A program made the translations under genes and the position numbers. From NCBI GenBank assembly GCA_030704615.1, contig CM060731.1, forward strand, positions 31,744,001 to 31,808,000: a stretch of DNA of 64,000 bases. Direction: 5' to 3'. Every line of letters starts with the position of its first letter. Within the stretch, counting starts at the first letter, position 1. Source of the DNA: Takakia lepidozioides (taxonomy: Eukaryota > Plantae > Bryophyta). This document shows, in pieces, positions 60,829 through 64,000 of the stretch. The notes under the pieces are model-generated. The model was not told where the DNA came from and did no database searches. It saw only the letters and a program-made list of their open reading frames with translations.

Positions 60829-63688
60829 ACTAAAGAATGAGGAGAAAATAACCTCGTGAAGGAGGGCAATCGGGCACAACAATCGGGGGAACCTCCCATA
60901 ACATAGGTTCGGTAGCACGTGAGCAGGCTCATGCCTCTATGTGCCTCCTCACGTGCAGAAGAGGATATACCGGAAATTCCAAGAATATTTTTGAAAAGAT
61001 GCGATGGCGAAACTAAATGTGCAATTTGTGCTCATGGTTTCAGTTCTTGTTATGACTATAGGTAGCACACATAGTCTTAGCCCTGTGCGGTGAAGGACTC
61101 CACGAAAATAGGAGAGAGAGCATACACATACATACAACCAACTTGACAACCAGACACAGCCACTCACCCGGCCTCTAGAAGAGTCTTCTAGAAGGCCACT
61201 TTGGGCCTGCTGCTGTATTGCCCGGAGTTGCACGGCAAAGGCGAGTCATCCATTGATTGCAGCAAGTTGCCTACCCTATGTAAGAACTTGTGACTACATG
61301 CTTGAGGCACTTCATCTCCTACGCAGCGATATCTAGAAATTTCGCTGGCGAAACCCATTATTTCGTTGGCGAAACCTAATACCTTGATTTATTTCGCTAC
61401 TGAAACCTGTTGTTTGCCTCATGATATTAAATTGTTCAATTATTGTTTGGTATTTGTGTGCTTTGGATGGTGTTGATTAGTGTGACTTTGTTTTTTCCCA
61501 ATGTGTTATTCTTTTGTAGGATACCAAAGCTGTAGATATGTGGAACTTGGAGCTTGAAGGTATACATTACGGGTGCCTATTTTCATTAGGGTGTAGGGTT
61601 TAGGGTCATAATTAGGGACAGAATAGGGACAAAGATAGGCATAGAAATAGGCACACAACTAACATTTTCGCTATTGTGGAACTCTATTCGCATGAATTCT
61701 ATTTCCGTGAAAACGTGTGTATACTATATCCGTGTTTTTGTGCTCACGCCTACGTTTTCCTATGCTCACTGGTGTGCTCAAGTTCTACCAACCCCCCATA
61801 ACACCACAATGGGGCAACTAGTCATGGTTCACTGAAAAAAAGGGCTGCTAAGAACCACACTACCAAGAAAACAGCTAGGACATAAAATCTAAGAGTTTGA
61901 AGATCTACCATCTATGAAACCGAGCTAAAAGCGAACTTGCGGAGCTAAGAGGGAAATGTGAACAAAGAAGAGCAAAAAGGAGAGGAGAGAGACTAGAGCG
62001 GGAGACAACGGGGTCAACGCTTGGATCTGAGGGCCTCAAAATTAAGATGGGCTTTAATTTTTGAGTTCATATTCTTCTTATGTTTCCAGTTTATGTCATC
62101 CTCGAACTCGAGAGGCGAGGGCCAGGGGACTAGAAGGGCCACCATTGCTCGGGGATGACAACGTGGAAATTGCAATTGTCTCCGGATCTTGTGCAATGAT
62201 GTCTCACCACCCCCATGACGAGTTGAATGCCTTAAGTAGCTTGGTCCATTTCTCTTGAGAACAGATTTTGCAAACAAAGCAAGACTTGCAATGATTTTTT
62301 CTTATTTAAGCTATATCACCAAGGGTTTCTCAACGCAAAAGCTTCTCTCGCCACTCCTATAGGTTTAGGGCTTCTGGCTATACTACTCCGGGTTTTGTCT
62401 TGAGACACTTGGTTGAATTAGAGTTCATATATGGGTTTTTTTTTTTGGAAAACATGTAACTCCTATGAGCGGGATTGAAAAAGATAAAACCCCCATCTAA
62501 CTGCATGCTTTGCTCACAGGATACCAACCTCCTCAATGTTGACCTGAGTAGAGGATCTTTTAATCTCACATCCCCCTATTCCGCAAGTTGCGGAGTTTGC
62601 AACTTGCTACGTCTGTGACGGTGCAAGATAACGTGTAAAGTAGTGCATTTTTAAGCATGATGGGAAGTGGAAGATAGAAGCAAATATTGGGCACAACGTC
62701 ATAATCAGGGGCACTAGTAGTGTAGTGGACAAGCCTTTCTGCACATACCAAAGGCCACATGGCTCATCTATGGCTAAGTTTTTTTTATTATGGCTAAACT
62801 CAAACATAGGTTAAGCCATGCAGGTGGGATGGCTAAAATGTAGCCCAATGCAGATGAAAGGCTTATTATTGGCCGCGTCGGCCATCTATGCCTAAGCTGA
62901 AGCAGAGGTTTAGCCACGTTGCCATCCCTCCATATTGTCTCCAAGCACACAAGTTACAACCAAGCAAACTGTGAGCCTGATCTTCCTGGCACGGATGACT
63001 TAGAAGCCCGTGTTGTGGGGGGCCATCATGACTTTCCCTTGCCGAGTGGCTGCTTAGTTATGTGCACGAAGAAGCCGTGTTGTGGGGCCATGACTTTGCC
63101 CAAGTGGCTACATATGTGCAGGAAGAAGCTGACGATGGAGTGGAGCCTGATCAATCTTGTGAAAAAAGCATATGCATCTATTTTGGCGACAAGGGTGATC
63201 CAAATTGGAGCTTTTGAGCACGGCAGCAACTCTAAATTTGTCATTGGCCGTTGCCCACTCAGCGGCTGCTGAGTCGTCAAGGGGGTGGCGTCAGTTTGCA
63301 TCCAGACCCATCGTCACCCTGTCAGACTGCAGGCAGGGGGCTGCTACTAGTCCACAGAGATGCAACTTATGAGGTGTAAGTACATGCTGATACACCAAAG
63401 TCCTGTGCAAGTTGCAGCCGTCTTAGCCGCCATGACTGGACAGCGAAACTTGGCCACCTTCATATACGTTGTGGGGACTTGGAACAGGTAGAGTCACTTG
63501 TCCTTCACTGCCTGAGGGTAAAGCTGGCTAGACTGGCTGGAAGCATATGCAACATTGATCTGTGGCTGAGTTACTCCTGCGAAGAGCAAAGGTCGTTTTG
63601 CAGTTTCTAGTACAGCAGTTTGCGATAAGTGTTGAGGGGATTTTGACAGTGACTATGTGTGTGTCGGAAAAGATTTGATCTACACTAT

Positions 63689-64000
63689 ATGGCGCCGAAA
63701 CAATGCGGGTCTGTGGTTCAACAATGTATCAATGCTCCCGTGGAGACCGTCTGGTCGGTGCTAGGCAGGTTCGATCGTCCCCAGTCCTACAAGCACTTCG
63801 TTAGAGACTGTGAGATGGAAAATGTGGAAGGTTGCGAGCTGGGCCCGACTGGTGAACTCACGTACGATCCAAGCCCAGAATTACCACCCGTGTCGTGGCC
63901 TGTGGGTGCGACTCGGCTTCTTCGGCTAATATCTGGATTCCCTGGCACAACATGCAGAGAGCGTTTAGAGTTTCTTGATGAGCAAGAGCATGTGATCACC
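63689..64000 (+). CDS. PYR/PYL/RCAR-like START-domain protein, partial (runs off the window; 5' end uncertain)
   Basis: QCGSVVQQCINAPVETVWSVLGRFDRPQSYKHFVRDC...VGATRLLRLISGFPGTTCRERLEFLDEQEHVI. Confidence 0.85.
   Translation, partial: MAPKQCGSVVQQCINAPVETVWSVLGRFDRPQSYKHFVRDCEMENVEGCELGPTGELTYDPSPELPPVSWPVGATRLLRLISGFPGTTCRERLEFLDEQEHVIT

Overview
Eukaryotic nuclear DNA from a land plant, most likely a non-seed plant (bryophyte, lycophyte or fern). This is inferred from squalene-hopene cyclase sequence, a Copia with a half-tRNAiMet PBS and PLS-class PPR repeats. Host genes: UPF0114 membrane protein (+, 5 exons, one GC-AG intron), single-exon mTERF (+), neutral ceramidase (-, 9 exons) and a partial PYR/PYL-like gene with a non-canonical gate loop at the right edge. 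There are also F-box and PPR pseudogenes. Most of the rest is nested transposons: two Copia elements, an L1-like LINE, at least 8 copies of a LINE that piles up in (TC)n tracts, a solo LTR and MITEs. The standout is a 12.4-kb Ty3/Gypsy-type element (24580-36987, - strand, 4-bp TSD AACC) inserted in the L1-like LINE. Its decayed polyprotein reads gag - protease - C5-cytosine DNA methyltransferase - RT - RNaseH - DDE integrase - PHD finger, and it carries an extra ORF and a captured squalene-hopene cyclase fragment. It lacks two normal LTRs and instead has split direct repeats A1...B1-GC-A2-B2. Undoing a 1.27-kb internal inversion reveals a self-complementary (Tf1-like) PBS. The layout is what would be expected if a two-LTR circle were cut by the DDE integrase at a palindromic TGACA|GC|TGTC site inside the LTR, a route I know only from tyrosine-recombinase elements.
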